Part shown: positions 36,387-46,474 of the stretch, piece after piece | Layout: every line of letters starts with the position of its first letter | How positions within the stretch are numbered: position 1 is the stretch's first letter | Assembly (NCBI GenBank): GCA_045647025.1 | Contig: JAZRLW010000110.1 | Location: forward strand, 1-47,156 | Direction of reading: 5' to 3' | Source: Eubacteriales bacterium | GTDB lineage: Bacteria; Bacillota; Clostridia; Oscillospirales; UBA644 | Length of the DNA: 47,156 nt | Translations under genes and position numbers: made by a program | The notes under the pieces: model-generated | What the model was told of the DNA's origin: nothing | Databases searched by the model: none | What the model saw: only the letters and a program-made list of their open reading frames with translations

Positions 36387-37388
36387 CTACTCCCACACAC
36401 CAAGCTTTACCAGCTTCGCATGAACAACCACTCGAACGTCCTTATCGTAAGACTTACAAGTGGACAAAGTGAGTATCCTATCGTCGGCGGTAAACTCAAA
36501 TTTTTCAAAAGCCGCTATCTCGTTTTTGTTCTGCAGAGAATTGCAAAATTCAACAAACACTACCGGATCCGAAAAGGCAGTTCGGATATAATTATACATA
36601 GAGGCAGTCTCTGCCTCCACACTGGTCTCATACCAAGCAAAAATCTGCCATACGGTATCTTCGTTAACAGTTTTAACATATACGTAATGATTGGATCTAT
36701 CATTATACCAGCTCTTTTTAACATCGAGGTACTTCAGCCCACCAAACATATTGTCACTTCGAGCGTGGCCATAAAGTATAGTGTTGTAGTTGGAAGACAA
36801 CTGCTCGGCGTCGTTTCTGTAATCTACAAACACCCAGCCGTTTATATTCTCTTCTTTGTCAAAATTATGGCTGAGATAATACTCGTTATCCCCGCTGTAA
36901 ACTATAGGGAGATCTATGGGCAACCCGGCAACCTTCCCCGTAGAATCGGAGAAATTAAACCAACCCACGGTATCCCCGTTGCGTTGTTTTACAGTATCGA
37001 GAGGCGCCTGCAAGAACTCAACCGTCTCTCCCACCTCATCATACACTATCCTAAATGTACGACGAGGTGTTTCATCCTCATCGGAAGACACCTGTCCTTC
37101 GGAAGAGTGCCCCTCATCCTCTTTTTTATCGTCGGGCAAGGATGGAGCAAGAATAACGTCCTCATTATATTCAAGACGCGCATCCTGAAATTCACTTACA
37201 ACTTTGTCCGTAGCCGCATTTTCTACCAGATCCTTCACAATGTTATACGCAGAAAAAAGGAATACGGAAGCACAAACAGCAAGAACAAAAAACGAGATGA
37301 CCTTATGCCGGGGCTTTTTTCTTGTGTCAGCAGATGGCGACGCAACGTCAATACGCTGCTCGGGCTTATTAGCTTTCATGTCCGGCAT
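36387..37388 (-). CDS. srtB: Class B sortase (N-terminal TM anchor, acidic linker)
   Basis: DNEYYLSHNF, NTILYGH (catalytic His), TLSTC (catalytic Cys) and DVRVVVHAKL (catalytic Arg). The ATG at 37388 has better SD spacing than the one at 37397. Confidence 0.8.
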   Translation of the reverse strand: MPDMKANKPEQRIDVASPSADTRKKPRHKVISFFVLAVCASVFLFSAYNIVKDLVENAATDKVVSEFQDARLEYNEDVILAPSLPDDKKEDEGHSSEGQVSSDEDETPRRTFRIVYDEVGETVEFLQAPLDTVKQRNGDTVGWFNFSDSTGKVAGLPIDLPIVYSGDNEYYLSHNFDKEENINGWVFVDYRNDAEQLSSNYNTILYGHARSDNMFGGLKYLDVKKSWYNDRSNHYVYVKTVNEDTVWQIFAWYETSVEAETASMYNYIRTAFSDPVVFVEFCNSLQNKNEIAAFEKFEFTADDRILTLSTCKSYDKDVRVVVHAKLVKLGVWE

Positions 37389-37433
37389 AAAGGTCATCCT
37401 TTCTTGAAAAATTTTCAGTTGTAAAAGGCAAAA

Positions 37434-38969
37434 TTACTTGATAGGCTCAACCTTTTCAAGCGCTGCCTGAACGATATACTTATTTACGTCCTTATGATCC
37501 GCACAAGTATAAAGAGTGATAATTACATCATCAGCATCAACGGTAACTCCGAAATCTCTGTTCTTAAGATATGCGTAGTTAACGCCATCTTCGGAATAAT
37601 TGGTCATAACACGACTCTTCCAAGAATTACAGAATTCAAGGAAAGCTGTTGTATCCTTAAAGCCGTTAATCTTGCTGCTTTCAGCAAGAAAGCCTGTGGG
37701 GTCACTCTTAGAAAGAGCAATTATCTGATCAGAGGGAAGTCTGAAATTAACGTCCTGGATAACAGAGTTCTTCTTACCGCCAACTATGGCACTGGTGTCC
37801 ATATAGTATGTGGCAAAAATCTTGAAAACATACCTGTGGGTCAAAGTATTCACATAAACATATCTGTTGGATTCCTTATTGAACCACTCGTCGGTACGAG
37901 TAACGTTTTCAAGCTGGTCAAAAATATCGTCTTCCTTGGCATGACCATAGAAAACATTGTTATGGTCAAGAAGCTGCCCCTTGGTGGAAACGTAAGAATT
38001 TCTGAAATCAAGGAAGCAGGAACCACTAACCTTGGACTTACCGTCAAGACCCCTGGACAGATAGTATTCGTTCTTAGTATCAGAAGATCTCTGCGCCACG
38101 GGTATATTGATGTTGGTGCCGGGGACATATATCCAAGCAACAACGTCCTTGTTATAATCATGATATTTCTGAAGGATATCAGGGGTGGCAAGGGTTAAAA
38201 ATCCGTTACTGTCAAGAGATGCAGCAGGATATTTGGGCTTCTGACCAAAGGAAAGGCCGTTAGTACTGGTTGTGGAATCGCCACCACCGTTGCCACTATT
38301 ACCGGTGTCGGAGGTTGAAGACTGCTTCTTAACGTTAATGGTAACACTGGCATTTGCGCCGCCAACTGCAGTTGCGGTAATTGTAACCTCACCCTTTTTA
38401 AGAGCAGTTACCGTTCCCCACTCGTCAACGGTGGCAACAGTGTCATCAGAAGTGCTCCAAGTAATGGAAGTATCGGTGGTCTGGGGAGGGAATACGGTAG
38501 CAGTAAGAGCTATCTTATCGCCGATGTACATAGTCTTCTCAGCCCCGTTTATAGTAACCTGTGCCGCGAGAATGGGGTCAGCGATGGGAAAATCAACGGT
38601 AATTGTACTGGTTGCTGTAAAGCGGCCCTCTTCTGTAGTAACGATAATAGTTGCGACACCGTTTCCTACTGCGGTAACACAGCCACTAGCATCAACTGAG
38701 GCAACAGCGGGATTGCTTGATGTCCAGGTAACGTTCTTATTGGTAGCTGTAACGGGAAGCACGATCGCATTTAACTGCACGTGACCACCTTCAACAAGAA
38801 TAGCTTCAGCCTTAGGATTAATACCTACGCCGGTAACTACGGTGGGGTCTACTGCAGGAGGGGTGTTATCGTCCACAGGATCCTTGTCGCAGGCCACAAA
38901 GAGGGAAAGAGCCATAATGACAAGCAGTATTAGACTTATTCCCTTATGAAACTTGGTGTGTGTTTGCAT
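37434..38969 (-). CDS. Lipoprotein with two Big_2 Ig-like domains fused to a C-terminal sortase B-like domain
   Basis: Lipobox LFVAC. Big_2 signatures VTWTSSNPAVASVDASGCVTAVGNGVATI and ITWSTSDDTVATVDEWGTVTALKKGEVTI. Sortase motifs NEYYLSRGL, NVFYGH and TLYTC. SD GGAGGA. Confidence 0.75.
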   Translation of the reverse strand: MQTHTKFHKGISLILLVIMALSLFVACDKDPVDDNTPPAVDPTVVTGVGINPKAEAILVEGGHVQLNAIVLPVTATNKNVTWTSSNPAVASVDASGCVTAVGNGVATIIVTTEEGRFTATSTITVDFPIADPILAAQVTINGAEKTMYIGDKIALTATVFPPQTTDTSITWSTSDDTVATVDEWGTVTALKKGEVTITATAVGGANASVTINVKKQSSTSDTGNSGNGGGDSTTSTNGLSFGQKPKYPAASLDSNGFLTLATPDILQKYHDYNKDVVAWIYVPGTNINIPVAQRSSDTKNEYYLSRGLDGKSKVSGSCFLDFRNSYVSTKGQLLDHNNVFYGHAKEDDIFDQLENVTRTDEWFNKESNRYVYVNTLTHRYVFKIFATYYMDTSAIVGGKKNSVIQDVNFRLPSDQIIALSKSDPTGFLAESSKINGFKDTTAFLEFCNSWKSRVMTNYSEDGVNYAYLKNRDFGVTVDADDVIITLYTCADHKDVNKYIVQAALEKVEPIK

Positions 38970-39026
38970 ATATTTAGTCCTCCATAATTTTGAACTACTG
39001 AGCTATATCTTTTAGACGATAAAATT

Positions 39027-39075
39027 CTCGGTTTGTTCCAAACCCCGAGGAAGTTCCGACTAAAGCCGGAACTTC
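39027..39075 (-). terminator. Tandem hairpins terminating the transketolase operon
   Basis: Minus strand: a perfect 9-bp stem GAAGTTCCG/CGGAACTTC (39075-39050), then a second 9-bp bulged stem (39049-39027), followed by AATTTTAT. Confidence 0.6.
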
Positions 39076-39093
39076 TCAGGATAAAATCACATA

Positions 39094-40032
39094 TTAAAGG
39101 GTCTTCATCAGCTCTTCGGCCTTGGCAGCGATGCTCTCGCCGTCCATGCCGTACTTAGCCATAAGTTCGAGAGGAGTACCGGACTTACCGAAGGTATCGC
39201 AGGCACCCATTCTTACAACCTTGCAGGATGCGCCGATATTGCAGAGGCTTTCGCAAACTGCACTACCGAAGCCGGCAATGGTATTATGGTCCTCGATGGT
39301 AATTATAGCCTTGGTATCCTTAACTGCCTCGGCAACAGCCTCGTCAGCAAAGGGCTTGATGGAAGGAACGTCAAGAATCTTAAGACTTATACCCTTCTGG
39401 GCAAGAATTTCCTTTGCCTTAAGAGCGGCTTCATAGAAAGGACCGGTATACATAAGAGTGATATCGGTACCGTCGGCTATCTTGTTGTAACAGCCGGGAG
39501 TGAATACGTAGTTTTCATCGTATATTACGGGAACGGCAAGTCTGCCAAGTCTAATATATACGGGGCCCTGATATTCGCAAGCGAATCTCAAAGCAGCCTT
39601 GGTCTGCCAGGAATCGGAAGGAGAAATAACAACCATTCCGGGGATAGCTCTCATAAGAGCCATATCTTCAAGACACTGATGGGTAGCGCCATCCTCACCA
39701 ACAGTAATACCGGCGTGGGTAGCAACGACCTTAACGTTTGCCTTGGGATATGCAATAGCATTTCTTACCTGCTCGTAAGCTCTGCCTGCAGCAAACATGG
39801 CAAAGGAGGAGGCGAACACTATATTTCCGCAGGATGCAAGACCTGCAGCGGTGGACATCATATTACCTTCTGCAATACCGCAGTTGGCAAACTTTTCGGG
39901 GAATGCCTTTGCGAAGTCTGCAGTCTTTGTGGACTTGGTAAGGTCAGCGTCAAGAACGAACATATTATCGTACTTTTTGCCGAGCTCAACCAATTCGGCG
40001 CCGTAGGCGTCTCTTAATGCGATCTTTTCCAT
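39094..40032 (-). CDS. Transketolase, C-terminal (pyrimidine-binding) subunit
   Basis: 312 aa, typical of a split transketolase. The start overlaps the upstream stop (TAATG). Confidence 0.9.
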   Translation of the reverse strand: MEKIALRDAYGAELVELGKKYDNMFVLDADLTKSTKTADFAKAFPEKFANCGIAEGNMMSTAAGLASCGNIVFASSFAMFAAGRAYEQVRNAIAYPKANVKVVATHAGITVGEDGATHQCLEDMALMRAIPGMVVISPSDSWQTKAALRFACEYQGPVYIRLGRLAVPVIYDENYVFTPGCYNKIADGTDITLMYTGPFYEAALKAKEILAQKGISLKILDVPSIKPFADEAVAEAVKDTKAIITIEDHNTIAGFGSAVCESLCNIGASCKVVRMGACDTFGKSGTPLELMAKYGMDGESIAAKAEELMKTL

Positions 40033-40835
40033 TATGCGTTCAACTCCTTCATAGCTTCTTCAAACTGTTCTGCGTTGGGTGCGGTACCGTGCCAGGAAGC
40101 AACGTTTTCCATAAAGGAAACGCCCTTACCCTTTACAGTGTGGGCAAGAATAGCGGTAGGCATACCCTTGGTAGCCTTTGCCTGAGCAAGAGCAGAACGG
40201 ATCTGGTCATAATCGTGACCGTCAATCTCAATAAGATTCATGCCGAAAGCCTTGAGCTTCTGATCAAAGGGAAGGGGGGACATAACCTTGGTAATATCAC
40301 CGTCTATCTGAAGACCGTTAAAATCAAGGAAGAAACAGAAGTTATCAAGCTTGTAGTGAGCGGCAAACATCATTGCCTCCCAAACCTGACCTTCTTCGCA
40401 CTCGCCGTCACCGAGAACGGAGTATACACGATAATCAAGACCCTTACGTTTTGCGTTAAGAGCCATACCGCAAGCGGCAGAAATACCCTGACCGAGAGAA
40501 CCGGTGGACATATCTACGCCGGGGATATACTTCATATCGGGATGGCCTTCGAGAATACTGTCGATCTTTCTGAAGGTCTTAACATCTTCAGTGGGGAAGT
40601 AACCCTTAAGGGCAAGAGCAGAGTAGAGAGTACAAGAAGCATGACCCTTAGACATAACGAATCTGTCTCTGTTGGGGTCCTTGGGATTCTTGGGATCTAT
40701 ACGCATTTCTTCATTAAAAAGAACGGCAACTATATCCGTACAGGAAAGGGATCCGCCGGGATGTCCGCTCTTGGCATTGTAAATACCTTCAAGTATAAGC
40801 TTTCGCATATTTTTAGCGAATTCTTTGGTTTCCAT
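40032..40835 (-). CDS. Transketolase, N-terminal (TPP-binding) subunit
   Basis: GHPGGSLS and GDGECEEGQVWEA TPP-binding motifs. Confidence 0.9.
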   Translation of the reverse strand: METKEFAKNMRKLILEGIYNAKSGHPGGSLSCTDIVAVLFNEEMRIDPKNPKDPNRDRFVMSKGHASCTLYSALALKGYFPTEDVKTFRKIDSILEGHPDMKYIPGVDMSTGSLGQGISAACGMALNAKRKGLDYRVYSVLGDGECEEGQVWEAMMFAAHYKLDNFCFFLDFNGLQIDGDITKVMSPLPFDQKLKAFGMNLIEIDGHDYDQIRSALAQAKATKGMPTAILAHTVKGKGVSFMENVASWHGTAPNAEQFEEAMKELNA

Positions 40836-40870
40836 TTTATTAATTCACCTCAAACAAAATAATTCATTTT

Positions 40871-40900
40871 ATTATAGCACATAATCGCTGTAAAAAGCAA
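40871..40900 (-). promoter_or_regulatory. Possible promoter for the transketolase genes
   Basis: Minus strand reads TTGCTT, 18-nt spacer, TATAAT. Confidence 0.4.
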
Positions 40901-40970
40901 TACCAAAACCCATTATTATTTTGTTTTTAACAATTAGTTTAAATCTGAACACGATTTTCACCCCTCTGTA

Positions 40971-40999
40971 TTGACAATTCAGCCCCCATATGGTATATT
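40971..40999 (+). promoter_or_regulatory. Sigma-A promoter for the PAP2 gene
   Basis: TTGACA (40971-40976), 17-nt spacer, TATATT (40994-40999), with a TG extension. Confidence 0.6.
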
Positions 41000-41032
41000 A
41001 ATGGTTGAAAAAAGTCGAAAAGAGGTACCCGA

Positions 41033-41608
41033 ATGCTTGAATTTATTCAATCTGCAGACGAAGCCATCCTCGCCTTTTTAAGAGGAAACGTCTGCAACTC
41101 TATACTCAACTACATAATGATTTTCTTCACCTATCTGGGAGAAGAAGGCATCATCTGGATCATATTTGGCATTATAATGATGATCCTTCCCAAGTACAGA
41201 AAGCACGGTGTAAAGATGGCTCTTGCCCTTGTGGTAATGCTGTTTATAAACAACATTGTCCTCAAGCCCCTTATCGCAAGACCTCGCCCATTTACGAACG
41301 ACCCCTCTATTCTCGAGCATATGATAGTTCACGCTCCCTCAAGCTTCTCCTTCCCCTCAGGTCACACCGCAAGCTCCTTTGCAGGGGCGTGTATTATGGC
41401 CCACGCAAACAAAAAGGCCGCCTTCTGGGCTTACCCGTTGGCAATACTCATAGCATTTTCCCGCGCCTACCTTCAGGTACACTACCCCAGCGATATTATT
41501 GCGGGCGCAATTCTCGGAACGGTTTATGCATTTATCGGCATACTGATATTCGCCGTTATCGAAAAGCTTATTGGCAAGACCAAGTTCTTTAAGTTCATTT
41601 TCAGATAA
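41033..41608 (+). CDS. PAP2-family membrane phosphatase (BcrC/undecaprenyl-diphosphatase-like)
   Basis: Motifs KPLIARPRP, PSGH and SRAYLQVHYPSD, plus multiple TM helices. Confidence 0.85.
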   Translation: MLEFIQSADEAILAFLRGNVCNSILNYIMIFFTYLGEEGIIWIIFGIIMMILPKYRKHGVKMALALVVMLFINNIVLKPLIARPRPFTNDPSILEHMIVHAPSSFSFPSGHTASSFAGACIMAHANKKAAFWAYPLAILIAFSRAYLQVHYPSDIIAGAILGTVYAFIGILIFAVIEKLIGKTKFFKFIFR

Positions 41609-41623
41609 GCTCTGATTTTTAAG

Positions 41624-41653
41624 GGCAGTCCGATTTTTCGGACTGCCTTTTTT
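41624..41653 (+). terminator. Intrinsic terminator after the PAP2 gene
   Basis: Perfect 9-bp stem GGCAGTCCG/CGGACTGCC with a 6-nt loop, followed by T6. Confidence 0.8.
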
Positions 41654-41799
41654 GTTTTTCCTTGTATAAACCTCTTTACATATACCCATACTTTTATAGT
41701 CAGATATTACAAGAATACATAAAAAGCAAAACTGCGAAAAACTTTAAAATCTTGAGAAAACAAAAGAAAACATGGGGTTTTCAAAACACAAAAAGCGTT

Positions 41800-41816
41800 T
41801 TTGACCTTTTTTGACC
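41800..41816 (-). promoter_or_regulatory. CtsR operator 1 (GGTCAAA-AAA-GGTCAAA, inverted orientation)
   Basis: Plus strand reads TTTGACC-TTT-TTTGACC, the reverse complement of the CtsR heptad direct repeat. It lies just upstream of the -35. Confidence 0.8.
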
Positions 41817-41827
41817 TTTAATCAACT

Positions 41828-41856
41828 TTGCAAATCTTTTCCGCCGGGTGTATAAT
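41828..41856 (+). promoter_or_regulatory. Sigma-A promoter of ctsR-mcsA-mcsB-clpC
   Basis: TTGCAA (41828-41833), 17-nt spacer, TATAAT (41851-41856). Confidence 0.65.
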
Positions 41857-41870
41857 ATAGCCATGACAAA

Positions 41871-41887
41871 GGTCAAAGAAAGTCAAA
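41871..41887 (+). promoter_or_regulatory. CtsR operator 2 (GGTCAAA-GAA-AGTCAAA)
   Basis: Direct heptad repeat immediately downstream of the -10 and transcription start region. Confidence 0.8.
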
Positions 41888-41902
41888 GACAGAAAAGAGG
41901 AC

Positions 41903-42367
41903 ATGGATATGCGTTCCAGCGATATAATTACCGCCTTTATTATGAGCCTGCTTGAAAACAGCGAGGGAGAAACCGAAATAAAAAGAAACGAGCTTGCACA
42001 GCAGTTCAACGTAGTTCCCAGCCAGATAAACTACGTTATATCCTCACGATTCACCCCCGAGCTTGGCTTTATAACCGAAAGCCGCAGAGGCGGTGGCGGA
42101 TACATAAAGATCCGCAGGGTATATTCTACGGCTCCCTCTCCCCTTATGCACGTAATCAACGGCATACCAAGCTCTCTGACCCAGACCGAAACGAGAATTA
42201 TCCTTGAAAACCTTCTGGCAAACCGTATCATACAGCCCCACGATGCCCGACTCATGTCCGCGGCTCTTTCGGACAAATCATATATTACGGTACCCAGAGA
42301 ATACAGAGACGAGCTTCGTTCCTCTCTGCTGAAAAATATGCTTCTGGCAATTTCCGCATCGAAATGA
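41903..42367 (+). CDS. ctsR: Class III stress gene repressor CtsR
   Basis: SDIITAFIMSLL, HTH region and the glycine-rich loop ESRRGGGGYIKI. The ATG at 41909 is an alternative start with better SD spacing. Confidence 0.9.
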   Translation: MDMRSSDIITAFIMSLLENSEGETEIKRNELAQQFNVVPSQINYVISSRFTPELGFITESRRGGGGYIKIRRVYSTAPSPLMHVINGIPSSLTQTETRIILENLLANRIIQPHDARLMSAALSDKSYITVPREYRDELRSSLLKNMLLAISASK

Positions 42368-42423
42368 ATAAGAACATAACCAAAACACATAAAATTATAA
42401 ATACGTACACGGAGGATTAAACA

Positions 42424-42945
42424 ATGCTTTGTGAAAACTGCAAAAAAAACGTAGCGAACACCTATTTTAAGCAAACTGTAAACGGTAAGACCAGCGAAGT
42501 ATTCCTTTGCTCCGAATGCGCCTCCAAGTTAGGCGTAAACCAGACCGTAACTTCAAATATGGACTTTGGATTTGGCGACCTTTTAAACGAATTCTTCTCC
42601 CCCTACTATCAGACAAAATCTCTTTCGGGAGGCACAAAAAAGGTTGAAAGGCTCACCTGTTCCTACTGCAACATGACCGAAGAAGAGTTCTTCAGAACAG
42701 GAAAAGCAGGGTGCGAAAACTGCTATTCCACCTTTAAAAACAGGCTTAATGGTTTTCTCAATAAGCTCCACGGAAGCAAAAAGCATCTGGGCAAAACTCC
42801 CGCCTCCGCAGGCGGCAATAAAAAGACTTCCGACATAGAATCCCTCAAAAAGGAACTGGCCGAGGCCGTAAAGAGCGAGAATTTTGAAAAAGCCGTAGTT
42901 CTTCGCGACAAAATAAAAGAGATTGAAGCCCAAAATGGCAACTAA
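42424..42945 (+). CDS. mcsA: McsA (zinc-finger plus UVR-motif activator of McsB)
   Basis: Paired CxxC motifs (CENC...CSEC, CSYC...CENC) and the UVR motif ENFEKAVVLRDKIKEIE. Confidence 0.85.
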   Translation: MLCENCKKNVANTYFKQTVNGKTSEVFLCSECASKLGVNQTVTSNMDFGFGDLLNEFFSPYYQTKSLSGGTKKVERLTCSYCNMTEEEFFRTGKAGCENCYSTFKNRLNGFLNKLHGSKKHLGKTPASAGGNKKTSDIESLKKELAEAVKSENFEKAVVLRDKIKEIEAQNGN

Positions 42946-42966
42946 AAAGAAAGGAAGGTCGCAGAT

Positions 42967-43947
42967 ATGAACAACGTTATTTCTTCCCGTATAAGATTGG
43001 CAAGAAACTTCAAAGACCTGCCTTTCTCACCCAAAATAAAGGCAGATAACAAAGAGTATCTTACCGATAAAATACACCAAAAAGTTAAAGACGACAACCG
43101 TTACGGGCTCAACTATATAGACATGTCCAAGGTCACCCCCGTTCAGGCGGGCGCTATGGTTGAAGAGCATCTTATAAGCCTTGAATTTGCAAACAACAGA
43201 CAGGGCAAAGCCCTTCTTTTAAGCGATGATAAAAAAATATCGGCTATGATAGGCGAGGAAGACCATCTCCGTCTTCAACTTTTTTCCAACACCGCCGGAA
43301 TAAAGGAGCTATGGGAAAAGGCAAACCAGGTGGACGACTGGTTTGACGGCCTTATGCCCTACGCGTTCTCCGAAGAACTGGGCTATCTCACCGCCTGCCC
43401 CACAAATTTAGGCACGGGGTTGAGAGCATCCGTTATGCTCCATCTTCCCGCACTTACCGAAAGCGGATATATTGAACGTTTTATAAACGCTTCTTCAAAG
43501 ATAGGTCTTACCGTGCGAGGGATGTACGGAGAGGGGTCTGCCCCAAACGGCGCCATCTATCAGCTGTCAAATCAGACAACCATGGGCATCAGCGAAGCAG
43601 ACACCATTGAACGCCTCATTCAGGCCGCAGAAAAAATAACCCAGAGTGAAAAAGAGATAAGCCAAGAGCTTCTCAAAAAAGACCAGCTCAAGGACAGAAT
43701 TGCCAGAGCTGAAGGAATTTTAAGATATTCCACTCTTATGTCCTCGGCAGAATTTATCAAGCTCTTTTCTGACCTTCGCTGGGGCGCAGAACAGGGACTT
43801 AACGAGATTGCCCCCAAGGCTCTTGACGAGCTTTTCCTTAAGGTTCAGCCCTATAACATTATGCTTTTCGGAGGAGAGGACCTTAACGGCAACGAAAGAG
43901 ATAAAAAGAGAGCGGAGATACTCCGCCAAGAGCTGAAAAAGCTTTGA
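42967..43947 (+). CDS. mcsB: Protein arginine kinase McsB
   Basis: Guanido phosphotransferase signature CPTNLGTGLRASVMLHLP. Confidence 0.9.
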   Translation: MNNVISSRIRLARNFKDLPFSPKIKADNKEYLTDKIHQKVKDDNRYGLNYIDMSKVTPVQAGAMVEEHLISLEFANNRQGKALLLSDDKKISAMIGEEDHLRLQLFSNTAGIKELWEKANQVDDWFDGLMPYAFSEELGYLTACPTNLGTGLRASVMLHLPALTESGYIERFINASSKIGLTVRGMYGEGSAPNGAIYQLSNQTTMGISEADTIERLIQAAEKITQSEKEISQELLKKDQLKDRIARAEGILRYSTLMSSAEFIKLFSDLRWGAEQGLNEIAPKALDELFLKVQPYNIMLFGGEDLNGNERDKKRAEILRQELKKL

Positions 43948-43986
43948 TAAAGAGCACGTTCCAACGAAAGGACGGTAACACAGTAT

Positions 43987-46437
43987 ATGATTTTTGAAAA
44001 CTTTACAAGCAGAGCCAATATGGCAATAGAAAACACCATTGAAGCCGCCCGTCAACTGGGCCACGGATATATCGGAACAGAGCATCTGCTTTTAGGTCTT
44101 TGCCAGACGGGTGACAGTATGGCAGCAAGAACCCTGTCAAAGTTCGGCATTTCCGACACCTTGGTTCTCAATAAAATAGCCGAAGAAATTGGCACGGGTG
44201 TCCCCACCAATCTCTCCCTTCAGGACGTAACTCCCCGCCTTAAAAGAATTATACAGAATTCCGTAATCGAGGCAAGTCATGCGGGAGCTAATCTTGTGGG
44301 CACCGAGCATCTCCTTATGGCGCTTTTGAGAGAAAACGAGAGCAAGGCCGCAGAAATAATTCGTTCCGAAGGCGCTGATGCAAGAGAAATATTTGAAGAG
44401 GTGGTTTCCCAGCAGGGACTTGCGGGAGCGGACTCCACCGCCGCGAAAAGTTCAGGCAGACCCGGAGGAAAGAGCAAAGGAACCCCCACCCTTGACAGCT
44501 TCGGAAGAGACCTTACCGCTATGGCAGAAGCGGGCAAAATCGACCCCGTTATCGGAAGAAGTAAAGAAATCGAAAGAGTCATTCAGGTACTCAGCCGCAG
44601 GACGAAAAATAACCCCTGCCTTATAGGTGAACCGGGCGTAGGTAAGACTGCCATCGCAGAGGGCCTTGCCCAGCATATCGTGAAGGGAATGGTACCCGAG
44701 ACTCTTAAGGGCAAAAGGGTCGTCACCCTTGATATTGCCTCAATGATAGCAGGAGCAAAATACAGAGGCGACTTTGAAGAAAGACTCAAGAACGCCATCG
44801 AAGAGGTGAGCAAAGCGGGCAACGTGGTGCTGTTTATCGACGAGATTCACGTTCTCATAGGTGCAGGCTCGGCAGAGGGCGCCGTTGACGCGGCAAACAT
44901 CCTCAAGCCTTCCCTCGCGAGAGGCGAATTGCAGGTTATAGGCGCCACCACCCTTAACGAGTACAAGAAGCACATTGAAAAGGATGCCGCCCTGGAAAGA
45001 AGATTCCAGCCCATAATCGTGGCAGAACCCACCGTTGAGGACTCCATTCTTATCCTTAAAGGTATAAGGGATAAATACGAGGCTCATCACAACGTAAAAA
45101 TTACCGACGGCGCCGTTGAAGCCGCCGTTAAGCTGAGCAAGAGATATATTCAGGACAGATTTCTCCCCGATAAGGCAATAGACCTTATGGACGAGGCATC
45201 CTCTAAAATCAGAATATCCAACATGACCGCACCTCCCGACCTTACCGAAAAAGAGGACGAGGTAAAACGAATTGCCGCCGAAAAGGAAGATGCGGTAAAG
45301 AAGCAGGACTACGAAAACGCCGCAAAGCTTCGTGACGAAGAGAAAAAACTCTCCGCAGAGCTTGAAGAATTGCGTAAGCAGTGGTCCGCAACGGCCTCCT
45401 CAAAGGAGCTGACGGTTACTGAAAATGAAATAGCCGACGTTTTGGCCCTTTCCACGGGAATTCCCGTAAGAAAGCTCCTCTCCGAAGAAAGTGAACGGCT
45501 CCTGAACATGGAGAAGATAATCCATGAAAGGGTTATCGGTCAGGACGAGGCGGTAATTGCCGTATCAAAGGCTATCCGTCGCAGCAGAGTCGGACTTAAA
45601 GACCCCAAACGTCCCATAGGCTCTTTCCTCTTCCTGGGTCCCACGGGCGTAGGTAAAACCGAGCTTTCAAAGGCCTTGGCCGAGGTGATGTTCGGCGACG
45701 AAAACGCCATGATAAGGGTTGACATGTCGGAGTATATGGAAAAGCATACCGTTTCCAAACTCATCGGCTCCCCTCCCGGATACGTGGGATACGACGAAGG
45801 AGGTCAGCTTACCGATAAAGTACGCAGAAAGCCCTACTCCGTAATCCTCTTTGACGAGATAGAAAAGGCTCATCCCGACGTATTCAACGTTATGCTTCAG
45901 GTACTTGACGACGGCATACTCACCGACGCCCAGGGACGAAAGGTGGACTTTAAAAACACCGTCATCATCATGACCAGTAACGTGGGAGCCCAAAGCATTG
46001 TAAACACAAGGTCCTCCATGGGCTTCACCCCTCAGGATGAAAGCTACGGCAAGGCGCAGGACAAAATAAAGGAGCAGGTAATGAGCCAGCTCAAGCAGTC
46101 CTTCCGCCCCGAGTTCCTTAACCGTATAGACGATATTATCGTTTTCCGTCAGCTGAAAAAAGAGGATATCGCTCTTATTGCGGAGGGAATGATAGCAACC
46201 GTTACACAGCGCCTGGGCACTATGGGTATCACACTCAAGGTTGAGCAGTCCGCCCTTGACCTTATTTCCGAAAAAGGATTTGACCCCTCTTACGGTGCAA
46301 GACCCCTCAAAAGAACCATTCAGTCAATGATTGAAGACAATCTGGCCGAAAAGATACTTGAAGGCACCTTTAAAGCGGGCGACACAGTGCAGATTTCCTC
46401 CGAAAACGGCGAAATATCTTTCGCTAAAAAGGAATAG
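43987..46437 (+). CDS. clpC: ATP-dependent Clp protease ATPase ClpC
   Basis: Clp_N repeats, two AAA+ modules ([26 protein letters not shown]) and a UVR-like middle domain. Confidence 0.95.
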   Translation: MIFENFTSRANMAIENTIEAARQLGHGYIGTEHLLLGLCQTGDSMAARTLSKFGISDTLVLNKIAEEIGTGVPTNLSLQDVTPRLKRIIQNSVIEASHAGANLVGTEHLLMALLRENESKAAEIIRSEGADAREIFEEVVSQQGLAGADSTAAKSSGRPGGKSKGTPTLDSFGRDLTAMAEAGKIDPVIGRSKEIERVIQVLSRRTKNNPCLIGEPGVGKTAIAEGLAQHIVKGMVPETLKGKRVVTLDIASMIAGAKYRGDFEERLKNAIEEVSKAGNVVLFIDEIHVLIGAGSAEGAVDAANILKPSLARGELQVIGATTLNEYKKHIEKDAALERRFQPIIVAEPTVEDSILILKGIRDKYEAHHNVKITDGAVEAAVKLSKRYIQDRFLPDKAIDLMDEASSKIRISNMTAPPDLTEKEDEVKRIAAEKEDAVKKQDYENAAKLRDEEKKLSAELEELRKQWSATASSKELTVTENEIADVLALSTGIPVRKLLSEESERLLNMEKIIHERVIGQDEAVIAVSKAIRRSRVGLKDPKRPIGSFLFLGPTGVGKTELSKALAEVMFGDENAMIRVDMSEYMEKHTVSKLIGSPPGYVGYDEGGQLTDKVRRKPYSVILFDEIEKAHPDVFNVMLQVLDDGILTDAQGRKVDFKNTVIIMTSNVGAQSIVNTRSSMGFTPQDESYGKAQDKIKEQVMSQLKQSFRPEFLNRIDDIIVFRQLKKEDIALIAEGMIATVTQRLGTMGITLKVEQSALDLISEKGFDPSYGARPLKRTIQSMIEDNLAEKILEGTFKAGDTVQISSENGEISFAKKE

Positions 46438-46445
46438 TATAAAAA

Positions 46446-46474
46446 GGGCAGCGTATTGACACGCTGCTCTTTTT
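46446..46474 (+). terminator. Intrinsic terminator after clpC
   Basis: Stem GGGCAGCGT/ACGCTGCTC (9 bp including one G-U pair) with a 6-nt loop, followed by T5. Confidence 0.75.

Noticed and set aside
36124-36472. Plus-strand ORFs of 99, 62 and 60 aa in the AT-rich intergenic region, and a 31-codon minus-strand ORF at 36362-36267.
   Set aside because: None has an SD. The 99-aa ORF starts at a GTG and runs through a perfect terminator palindrome. Composition and peptide sequences look non-coding.
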